Assembly (NCBI GenBank): GCA_963743305.1
Contig: CAVUPH010000038.1
Location: 1-19,536 of the forward strand
Reading direction: 5' to 3'
Source of the DNA: an uncultured delta proteobacterium
GTDB lineage: Bacteria > Desulfobacterota > RBG-13-43-22
DNA: 19,536 nucleotides
The position numbers and the translations under genes are program-made. This document shows positions 1 through 7,713 of this stretch, piece by piece. Each line of letters starts with the position of its first letter. Within the stretch, counting starts at the first letter, position 1. The notes beneath the pieces are model-generated. The model was given only the letters and a program-made list of their open reading frames with translations, made no database searches and was not told where the DNA came from.

Positions 1-26
1 TTGGATTTGTAAATAGGGGTCGGACC

Positions 27-353
27 CAATGCCGTTAACTTAACAGAAAGAGCCTGTTTTTGCTATCTTTAATGGTTTCGGGAGCCAGGGGCAAGGGCTG
101 GGGAACGGGGTATTTGCGAGGACGTCCCCGGCGACGTTTTTCCAAGCCCCGACTTTTTCGGCGATATTCCTGTCGATCCCGAGTGAACTGACGGCCCGGT
201 TTTATAGACACGCGGTGCCGGGCACAGGCCTTTATAAAGACCTCCCAGAAAGGCCAGAGTAGCTTTTCCGAAGTGGCCAGCAGTAATTTCAGAAACAAAC
301 GGGTTTCGGTAAGTGCCCGAGCAAAACTGATCTGACCGACGGAAACGTGGATC
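27..353 (-). mobile_element. IS4-family element right-end fragment: transposase C-terminus plus terminal IR CAATGCCGTTAACTTAA (27-43)
   Basis: ORF 35..355(-) reads ...QISFARAL...KPGRQFTR...RRRGRPRK...LLS*, typical of IS4 transposase C-termini. The stop codon lies inside an IS4-type terminal IR. No DDE core is present; the fragment ends at 354. Confidence 0.7.
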
Positions 354-369
354 AAATCGGGGCAGGACC

Positions 370-664
370 CAATGCCGTTAACTCAACAAGAAAAGTGAGC
401 GTCCGATCCCAATTGAAACGCAAACCCCAATTTATCAGATGAGGTGTGAACCAGGGTATCAACCCCGTCAACGGCTTCACATGCAGTGACAAATCAGATA
501 AGGAGATAGACGTGAGATTTATTTTACTGTCCCGACATACAGACAACAGCGAAATTCCAGAGATGGATTTACACACGAGGTCTTCCCAGAGATTTCCCTG
601 GAGGAGGCGGCTGGGAGAAAATGAGAAGCGCAGTATATCCAAGGAGATGTTCGCCGGAAGAGGC
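370..664 (+). mobile_element. Probable IS4-family left-end fragment: IR CAATGCCGTTAACTCAA (370-386) plus degraded transposase N-terminus
   Basis: The IR matches 27-43 at 16/17. An AAGGAG RBS precedes a GTG near 512. One frame gives EVFPEISLEEAA...GDVRRKRR, reminiscent of the IS4 N-terminal 'RxRKLP' region. Confidence 0.5.
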
Positions 665-785
665 GAATCGGGGTCTAACCAAACAAACCCATTGAATTTA
701 CCTAAATCATGTTGAATCAGGAAGGCGTTTGAAGCCTTAAAATGCCCTTTTTACCCCCAAAAAAGCTTTCTAAGCAGACAAACCC

Positions 786-988
786 ATGCCCAGGGCCAAT
801 CGGCATTTCATCTCCGGTCAGATCTGGCACACCACCCACCGCTGCCGCAAGAGGGAATTTTTACTTTCCGGGATGATCGGTGGACGGAAAGCCTGGCGGT
901 TGGGGAGAGGTCTTTTAAAAGAAATTCGGGAGGCTTTAGGGGTAAGGGCCAGCGGCCGTTCAGTCATCTCGGATGAGGAAAATTATGA
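786..988 (+). pseudogene. Internally deleted Y1 (HUH, RAYT-like) transposase
   Basis: N-terminus MPRANRHFISGQIWHTTHRCRKREFLL (786-866) is joined directly to C-terminal motifs RDDRWTESLAVG (from 869, another frame) and KEIREALGVRASGRSV. The HUH and catalytic Tyr core is absent. Confidence 0.75.
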
Positions 989-1546
989 ATGGCGAATGAC
1001 GATAGCACCAAAATAATTCCCAGAGGAACGCCGGGATCAGCGGCCATGTCGGCAAACATAAAACGAGCGATGGCGATCACCGCCAGCCTCAACCGTTTGA
1101 CGTACAACGATGCGGGCGAAATCCGCGCCTTGTTCAGCGAGCTCATCGGCAGGAAGGTGGACGACAGCTTTCTATTGATTCCACCGTTCTATACGACTGG
1201 CGGGTCCGATATCCGTGTTGGGCGTAATGTTTTCGTAAATCAGAACTGCACTTTTTATGATCTTGGAGGCCTCGACATTGCCGATGATGTGATGATCGGC
1301 CCGAACGTGAGCATCATCACGTCCGGCCATCCCATTGAACCTTCTCAGCGGCGCGCCTTTGTAGTCGCCAAGCCCATTGTGATTGAAAGAAACGTCTGGA
1401 TCGCAGCCGGAGCAACGATCATCGGCGGAGTGACGGTCGGCGAAAACTCTGTTGTTGCGGCAGGCTCCGTAGTCACCAAGGACGTTCCCCCGAATACTCT
1501 TGTCGGAGGAAATCCGGCGAGAATCATTCGCTTGATTGGAGACTGA
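989..1546 (+). CDS. Sugar O-acetyltransferase (maltose/galactoside acetyltransferase-like, hexapeptide repeat); putative gene cassette
   Basis: 185 aa with left-handed beta-helix repeats (IRVGRNVFVNQNCTFYD, VMIGPNV, VWIAAGATIIGGVTVGENSVVAAGSVVTKDVP, GNPAR). Confidence 0.92.
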   Translation: MANDDSTKIIPRGTPGSAAMSANIKRAMAITASLNRLTYNDAGEIRALFSELIGRKVDDSFLLIPPFYTTGGSDIRVGRNVFVNQNCTFYDLGGLDIADDVMIGPNVSIITSGHPIEPSQRRAFVVAKPIVIERNVWIAAGATIIGGVTVGENSVVAAGSVVTKDVPPNTLVGGNPARIIRLIGD

Positions 1547-1559
1547 GGAAAGGAACGCC

Positions 1560-1631
1560 ACTCAGCATGGCACTGCAGCCGACCGCCAACCCGCTTCGCG
1601 GCCTATTGGCGGCTGAGTTTAGGCCATGGGC
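1560..1631 (+). mobile_element. Degenerate integron attC site
   Basis: ACT-G-CAGCCG...CGGCTG-AGT L-box hairpin with an extrahelical base, 13 bp after the stop codon. The R boxes are eroded (ACTCAGC / CATGGGC). Confidence 0.6.
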
Positions 1632-1657
1632 CCTGGAGGTACAGAGAGGAGAACACG

Positions 1658-2002
1658 ATGAGCAACGAACAGGCGGCACCCGAGACGAAAGGTGTTACGG
1701 TGAAGTTACTGGCAACGGTTGACCTCGGCCCTGAGATCGAGGGCCTGGCAGGGCGCCAACTTCGGATGCGGATGGTGACCATCGAGCCTGGAGGCGTCTT
1801 CGGCCCGATTCACGACCATAAAGACAGACCGGGCACCGTCTACATACTGCAAGGAACGATTACGGACCATCGAAATGGAGTCGCTACGGACTATGGCCCG
1901 GGTGTAAGCTGGCCCGAGGATAGGAACACCACACACTGACTTGAGAACAGAGGAACGGTTCCGGCGATGGAGATCTCGGTCGATATAGTCAGGCAAGAGT
2001 AA
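1658..2002 (+). pseudogene. Cupin-domain protein (114 codons) with an in-frame TGA at 1937-1939; putative gene cassette
   Basis: GAGGAGA RBS and cupin motif 1 (HDHKDRPGTVYILQG). The frame continues past TGA as H*LENRGTVPAMEISVDIVRQE* (cupin motif 2, Trp expected). Confidence 0.8.
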
Positions 2003-2030
2003 GCGCAGGCCCGACATCTACCACGGTCGG

Positions 2031-2108
2031 CCCTAACACGCGGCTCAACCGGACGCGCTTCAGTCGGCTTGGCCTCCTTTCACGCGCCGGCTAGCCACAA
2101 CGTTGGGG
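2031..2108 (+). mobile_element. Integron attC site
   Basis: R'' CCCTAAC (2031-2037) and R' GTTGGGG (2102-2108). Arms GGCT-C-AACCGG-A-CGCG / CGCG-CCGGCT-AGCC carry two extrahelical bases. Confidence 0.85.
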
Positions 2109-2109
2109 C

Positions 2110-2235
2110 TCCTACATTGCAAAGGCATTGGGAGATATTGCGCGCGCGAAGGGCATGTCTCAGGTAGCACGGGATGCAGGCCTGTCCCGCGAAAGTCTTT
2201 ATAAGGCGCTGTCAGGAGAACGAACTCCAGGTTTT
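2110..2235 (+). pseudogene. Fragment of an addiction-module antidote protein (HI1420-like HTH antitoxin)
   Basis: Manual translation SYIAKALGDIARAKGMSQVARDAGLSRESLYKALSGERTPGF is characteristic of the family. Both the N- and C-termini are missing. Confidence 0.8.
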
Positions 2236-2259
2236 GTTAGGTCTTATATTGCTATTGAT

Positions 2260-2442
2260 TCATAGGGGATAAAAAAGCTTCCCGGTTTCGGCCATCTCCC
2301 GGATGAGCCCCGCCGGTTGATAGCGGGGACCATACCGCTTTTCCAGGTCCAACAGTTTTTCATAGACCGGCTTCAATCCCCAAGCGTCGGCGCAGCGCAG
2401 GATCCCGCCGCGATAGGCCGGGAAGCCGGTGCCGTTGATCAT
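2260..2442 (-). pseudogene. Orphan 3' end (60 codons) of a FadB-like 3-hydroxyacyl-CoA dehydrogenase
   Basis: 51/60 aa identical to the protein encoded by 5282-5464, including GTGFPAYRGG. Confidence 0.85.
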
Positions 2443-2714
2443 TGAAAAAGAGGATACTTGGAATTGGATTATTGGGCTTCCGCAGCTCCATCATCCCCCT
2501 GAGCTGCGAGGTCCGCCGGAGGCCCAGGATGTAGTTCGTCCCGTTTTTGGCAGTCGCTCCCCCTTTTTTCCGGGAGACCCCCATGGTCCTCCTGCTTTGG
2601 ACCCAGTTTATCTTCTTGATTTTGATTATATTTGCGTCGATTGGGATTGATCGCGTCTTTGGTTTAGATTTTATCGGTCAACCAGGGACCTGGATAACAA
2701 GGGAGTAAATCCGG

Positions 2715-4406
2715 CTAAGAAGGCATACTAAAGTCACGGGGACTTCGCAATTCATTTTTTACCGCCATCCCCAGTGTTTCGATGGCATAAGGCTTTTTAA
2801 TATAGGCGCCTGCTCCCAATTCCTGGGCCTTTTTGACGCGGTCAGATTCAGTGAATCCGCTGGCGATGATAGCTTTTTGCCCTGGATGAACATCAATAAT
2901 TTTTCTGTATGTTTCCAGGCCGTCGATTCCGCCTTCCAGAATCATATCCAGAATCAATAAATCGACAGAATGATTTGTCAGATATTGAATGGCTTCTTCC
3001 CCACTTGAAACAGAACTCACTGTGTAATTCAGTTTTTCTAACATGGCTGTGCAGAGTTTCCTTTGCAGTTCTACATCGTCAATAACCAAAATAGATTCCC
3101 CGCTTCCGGAATAACCTTCAAGATCCAGTCTGTGCTCTCCGATGAATGCCGCTTCCCTTGTGGCAGGGAAATAAAGGGTGAAAGTCGTACCTTCTCCTTT
3201 TACGCTTTGAAGATCAACATAACCTTTGTGGTCTTTTACGGTTCCCCAGACAATTGCCAGCCCGAGTCCGGTCCCGCTTCGGCCCATGGCCTTCTTTGAA
3301 TAGAAGGGTTCAAAAACCCTATTTAGATCTTCTTCTGCTATGCCTTCCCCGTTATCCGAAATTCTGAGGGCCACGTATTCGCCTTCTACCAGGACGTCAT
3401 AATTACTTGTGGGTTGATCGATATAGAGATTTGAAGTGGAAATGGTGAGTTGTCCCACGCCCTTCATCGCTTCCATGGCATTGGCAAACAAATTCATAAT
3501 AGCCTTTGAAAGATGGATTTGCGAACCATGGACATTAAAAAGGTCCGGTTGCAGATCTGTTTCAATCCGCGTGTCGGGATAATCGTCGGCAAGTTTCAGG
3601 AACTCGGGAGATTCCAAAATGTCTGCTAAGATATGGTTCAAATTGAGTATTTGAGTAGAAAAAACGCCTCTTCTGGCCAGAGTCAGCAAGTCCTGAACGA
3701 CCGCTGCAGCCCTTTCACCGGATTTCTGTATGGCGAGGATAGGTTCCCGTAAAGGACTGTCTTCAGGAATATCGAGAAGAATAAGTTCGGGATAAGCCAC
3801 GATACCTCCCAAAATATTATTGAGATCATGGGCCACGCTTCCGGCAAGGATGCCAACCGCCTCCATCTTTTCGGCCCTCTTGAGACTGGCTTCCAGTTTT
3901 TGATTTTCTATGCTGGCCTTCTCCCGTTCCATCATTTCTTGTTTAAGCATTTCGTTGCTCTTCAAGAGCTGCTTCGTGCGATCCTCCACCAATTTTTCCA
4001 GCTTCTCCTTATAATGCTGCAATTCCCTTTCGAATCGCTTTCTCTCTTTGAGTTCGTGGTGAAGGCGTTTGGCCAAGTCGCTCATCTTGCCCATTCCTGC
4101 AGCAAATATCAGGGTAATGGTATTTGATATTAACCCCATGGGGAAAAAGTCAACAACGGCCTTCCCTGCCATTTTCGCCAGAAAAGCGAGAAGCAAACTA
4201 TGAAGGATCCAATATAGAATCCCCAGCCGGAATCCTAATAACCATCCGGCAATGAGAGGAAAGATACTGAAAACGAGGAAAGCACCGTCTGCGATCACCG
4301 AGAAAAGCGGCAAGAATCCCAATCCCAAAAGAATCAAAAAGCACAAAATGAGTGCATACGGTTTGAAAAGAGACTTTCTTGCCCACAGGGTTTTTAACCC
4401 GCCCAT
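2715..4406 (-). CDS. Membrane-bound hybrid sensor histidine kinase/response regulator
   Basis: Hydrophobic N-terminus, coiled coil, H-box AHDLNN, N-box NLFANA, G1 DNGEG, F-box FEPFYS, G2 GTGLGL, and C-terminal REC domain (IDD...LILDM...KKP). Confidence 0.95.
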   Translation of the reverse strand: MGGLKTLWARKSLFKPYALILCFLILLGLGFLPLFSVIADGAFLVFSIFPLIAGWLLGFRLGILYWILHSLLLAFLAKMAGKAVVDFFPMGLISNTITLIFAAGMGKMSDLAKRLHHELKERKRFERELQHYKEKLEKLVEDRTKQLLKSNEMLKQEMMEREKASIENQKLEASLKRAEKMEAVGILAGSVAHDLNNILGGIVAYPELILLDIPEDSPLREPILAIQKSGERAAAVVQDLLTLARRGVFSTQILNLNHILADILESPEFLKLADDYPDTRIETDLQPDLFNVHGSQIHLSKAIMNLFANAMEAMKGVGQLTISTSNLYIDQPTSNYDVLVEGEYVALRISDNGEGIAEEDLNRVFEPFYSKKAMGRSGTGLGLAIVWGTVKDHKGYVDLQSVKGEGTTFTLYFPATREAAFIGEHRLDLEGYSGSGESILVIDDVELQRKLCTAMLEKLNYTVSSVSSGEEAIQYLTNHSVDLLILDMILEGGIDGLETYRKIIDVHPGQKAIIASGFTESDRVKKAQELGAGAYIKKPYAIETLGMAVKNELRSPRDFSMPS

Positions 4407-4494
4407 TCTTCTTTATCCTTTACTGTACGTGTATGAAAACGGAAACGCATCTTTCCGGGAAAATGTTTCAATCTGACTTACGGGAATAAAAGTT

Positions 4495-4812
4495 GGTTGT
4501 TCGCCCTTTGGGGTGGGTGGCCACAATATATAGTATACTACCTGAAATCGGATCTCCGTGTCCTCCGGGTCTCAGCGAAAGGGTTTTCCATATTGCTTTT
4601 TAAGTTCTAACCCGGCCCCCGTGTTTTCAAATCTTCCCGGAGGCAGGGCCGGCCTGGGAGGTGTCAAAGGATTCGGAGTATGGGCCTGCCTTGAATAAAG
4701 TTAGTAAATTAGGCCCGGATTCGAAGTCCGGAGTACCTTTGGAAAGCCCTTTCGCCGAGACCCGGAGGACATACCAGATATTGGGGGTACCCACCCAAAA
4801 GGGCGAAGCGTC
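4495..4812. mobile_element. 318-bp non-autonomous MITE, ISL3-like
   Basis: Exact 8-bp direct repeat TAAAAGTT at 4487-4494 and 4813-4820. Long imperfect inverted arms: 4500-4536 vs 4771-4807, and 4559-4590 vs 4740-4771 (30/32). Termini GGTTGTTCG / GACGCTTCG resemble the ISL3 end GGCTCTTCG. Confidence 0.8.
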
Positions 4813-5281
4813 TAAAAGTTTTGCTTTTTCTGGGTGATTAGTAGTGGAAGAATGATGCTGTCTTCTACAGGAAATATAGTGAAATTGGTTTTAAAGATCA
4901 AGAAGAATTCTGGGCGGATGTTAAGGACCACCGGCGGACCTCCGCCGGCAAGAAATACGCCGCCCATATTTCATTTGACGAAAATCCGTCTTTCTGGTCC
5001 AATAAATCCAGTATTTTCATAGTACCAGAAGGGAGATTAAGAAGTAGGTGTGGCCCGACCCTCGTTTCAAATGATGGAACTAGGAGACATAGGCTTTGAT
5101 CACTGATTTGAACTGCGGACCAAAGAATTAATTCAGAAGGATCGCGACAGGGCTTGGGTATCGGTAGTTTACCGGGGCTCTTTCCTGGTCATGAATGAAC
5201 CCTTAAAGGTCTTCGCTTGGTCCGAACCAATCTAACAGGCATTCCAGTAGGACAAGGACTTCGGGAAAGGGAAAAACAACT

Positions 5282-7417
5282 TTAACCTGGATAAAAGGTC
5301 CTCTCGGATTCCGCCATCCCCCGGATCAGGTCGGCCGGTATATAGCGGGGTCCGTAACGCTTTTCCAGGTCCAACAGTTTTTCATAGACCGGTTTCAGCC
5401 CCCAAGCGTCGGCGTAGCGCAGGATCCCCCCCCGGTAAGCAGGGAACCCGGTGCCGTTGATCATGGCCAGGTCCATGTCCGCAGGGCGGTCACAGATCGC
5501 CTTCCTCGATCATCAGGGCCGCCTCGTTAATGCCCAGGGCCAGGAGGGTGTCGACAATTTCTTGAGGTTCCATATTCCGAGGAGCAATCCCCTTCTCTCG
5601 CTGATATTCCCGGATCACTTCCGCCACTTTGGGGTTAGGGACAGGCCTGGCACCCGAATAGTCAAAATAGCCGGCCCCTGTTTTCCGCCCATAGCAACCG
5701 GTTTGATAGATCCTTTCCACCAGGGGATGAAGGGTATATTGCTTTCCCAGTCGCCGCGCAAAGGTTCGATTCACATGATAGCCGATATCGATCCCGGTCA
5801 GGTCTTCCAAGGCGGCCGGCCCCAGGGGCATCCCGAAGTCCGTAACGGCCCGCTCGATAGCCTCCAGATCCACGCCGTCGGCCAGCAGGTAGGGCAATCC
5901 CGGCAAACAGGGCAATGAGTTGCCGGGTAACATAAAAACCAGGGCCATCGTTGACCACCAGCATGAATTTTTTAATGCTCTTGGCGAAGGAGACACCGGT
6001 GGCCAGGGTCTGGTCCGAGGTCTTCTCCCCGCAGATAATTTCCAAAAGCGGCATCCGCTCCGCCGGGTTGAAGAAATGGAGACCGATCATTCGTCCTGGA
6101 TCTTTCAGGACGGAGGCCATCTCGGTGATGGGCAGGGCCGAGGTGTTCGTTCCGAAAATCGTTTCCGGTCTGCAGATCTCTTCCAGTTTTTTCCAGATTT
6201 CCTGCTTGACCTCCATATCTTCCAACACGGCCTCGATCACCAGGTCTACATCCTTCAGACCCTCAAGCGAAGTGGTGGTGATGAGTCGGTCTCGGATCAG
6301 TCCCTCAAGATCCTCCTCGGTCATTTTCTTCTGTTTGATCGGATAAGCAAAGCTCCGACGGACTGCCTCCAGCCCTTTTTGAAGGGCCGCTCTCGTCGAT
6401 ATCCCAGAGCACGGTCTCAAAACCGTTTTTAATCAGCAGATGGACAATCCCCGAGCCCATGACTCCGCCACCCAGCATGGCCACCTTCTTGATTTTAGCC
6501 GGTTCGAGGCCCTTGATCCTCGGGTGCCGTCCGGCCGCTCGGGTGTTCAAAAAAACGCCGATCAAATTTTTGGCGATAGCGGATACAGCGCAATCGCTAA
6601 ACAGTCCCACGTCCCGGCGGATGTCGATTTCCAGATCGGCAGTCAGCCCTTGCTCCAAGGCCTCCAGGGCCTTGAAGGGGGCCAAGACCCCCCGGAATTT
6701 TTTGGCGTTCCGATTTTTGAATTCCTCGATGACGGCCTTTTTCTCTTCTACGTCGGGTAGAAGATCCTTTCGATTCCGGGTTATCCGCTGCCCCCGGTCG
6801 AGTTCTCCGGAAATAAACCGACGCGCGGCCTTCAGGGCGGCCTCCTGCAATTCGTCGGGCCCGACCACCTCATCCACCAATCCCAGCGTCCGGGCATCGC
6901 CGGCCCTGATCGGCTGCCCGAAGGCGATCATCTCCAAGGCACGAGAAAGACCGATCAGCCGGGGCAGCCGCTGGATCCCGCCCGCCCCGGGGATTACTCC
7001 GAGTTGGACCTCCGGCAGACCCAGAAGGGCCTCGGGGACGGCCACCCGGTAATGCCCGGCCAGGGCCGCCTCCAACCCGCCGCCCAAACAGTTGCCGTTG
7101 ACAGCCATGACCACCGGCTTGGGTGCGCTCTCGATGGCGGTGAACAAGCCGGCGGCGGTCCAACCCAACTGAAAGGCCTCCTCCCGGGTTTTCAAGGATT
7201 GCAGTTCGTTGATGTCGGCACCGGCAATGAAGTTCTTTCCGGTTCCCGTCAAGATCAGGGCCTTGACCGCCGGGATCGGCCAGGGCTTCTTGAAGGCGTC
7301 CCGCAGGTCCCGGCTCAGTTGAGGGGACATGGGATTGACCGGCGGGTTGTCGATGGTCAGGAGCGGCTATATTCCGTCCTGGAGGGATATTTTGATTGTT
7401 TTAAATTCGGTTTGCAT
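5282..7417 (-). CDS. FadB/FadJ-like multifunctional enoyl-CoA hydratase / 3-hydroxyacyl-CoA dehydrogenase (several frameshifts)
   Basis: Start MQTEFKTIKISLQDG at 7417. Crotonase motifs (NPPVN, FIAGADI, GGGLE, PEVQLG), Rossmann GGGVMG, EAVLE, NTSAL, GLHFFNP, GMPLGP, GRKTGAGYFDY and GTGFP are spread over four ORF pieces. Confidence 0.9.
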
Positions 7418-7510
7418 TGGAATTAGTCCTTTTTTATTTTCATAGTAACCGCCAAAGCCCAGCGTGGCGCCGGCGCATACATGACAGTTAGAATGGGTCA
7501 ACGAATTGGT

Positions 7511-7598
7511 CGTCATTCAGGACGCCGAGCGAAATCCGGAATCCAGGGTAGTTTGAGCCCCAAAGTACTCTGGATCCCGGATCGAGTCCGGGATGACG
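7511..7598. repeat. REP-like palindromic element CGTCATT...CCGGAATCCAG / CTGGATCCCGGATCGAGTCCGGGATGACG
   Basis: Nested inverted repeats are visible. The inner hairpin CCCGGATC(G/A)AGTCCGGG recurs at 18116-18132. Confidence 0.7.
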
Positions 7599-7679
7599 GA
7601 CTAGAGCCTTTCAATGATTTTCGTTCGCAAAGCGGCGATGTATTTTGATTGGCGGAGTTCTTCGCCAATTACAAAAATT

Positions 7680-7710
7680 CTCTTTGCGTCCTTTGCGACT
7701 TTGCGGTGAA
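7680..7710. repeat. Short CTTTGCG x3 repeat ending GCGGTGAA
   Basis: CTCTTTGCGTCCTTTGCGACTTTGCGGTGAA directly downstream of the thiolase stop; resembles intergenic repeats seen beside GxxExxY genes (from recall). Confidence 0.5.
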
Positions 7711-7713
7711 TAC

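Larger units (their letters stand above)
11..680 (+). repeat. Three copies of a 16-bp REP-like motif: AAATAGGGGTCGGACC (11-26), AAATCGGGGCAGGACC (354-369), GAATCGGGGTCTAACC (665-680)
   Basis: Aligned directly from the sequence. Copies 1 and 2 are each followed immediately by an IS4-type IR. Confidence 0.65.

Noticed and set aside
11-680. CRISPR array
   Set aside because: Repeats are 16 bp and degenerate, spacers are about 300 bp, and there are no cas genes.
352-715. ORFs 352-642(-) and 446-715(+) as genes
   Set aside because: They overlap an IS end fragment and cross repeat junctions, with no coherent protein family.
1937-1939. Selenocysteine or alternative-code readthrough of TGA
   Set aside because: Trp, not Cys, is expected at this position. 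No clear SECIS hairpin follows, and TGA is used as a normal stop by other genes in the window.
4559-4771. c-di-GMP (GEMM) riboswitch suggested by GCGAAAG/GGAAA motifs
   Set aside because: The GEMM P1/P2 consensus is missing. The symmetry and 8-bp flanking duplication are better explained by a MITE.
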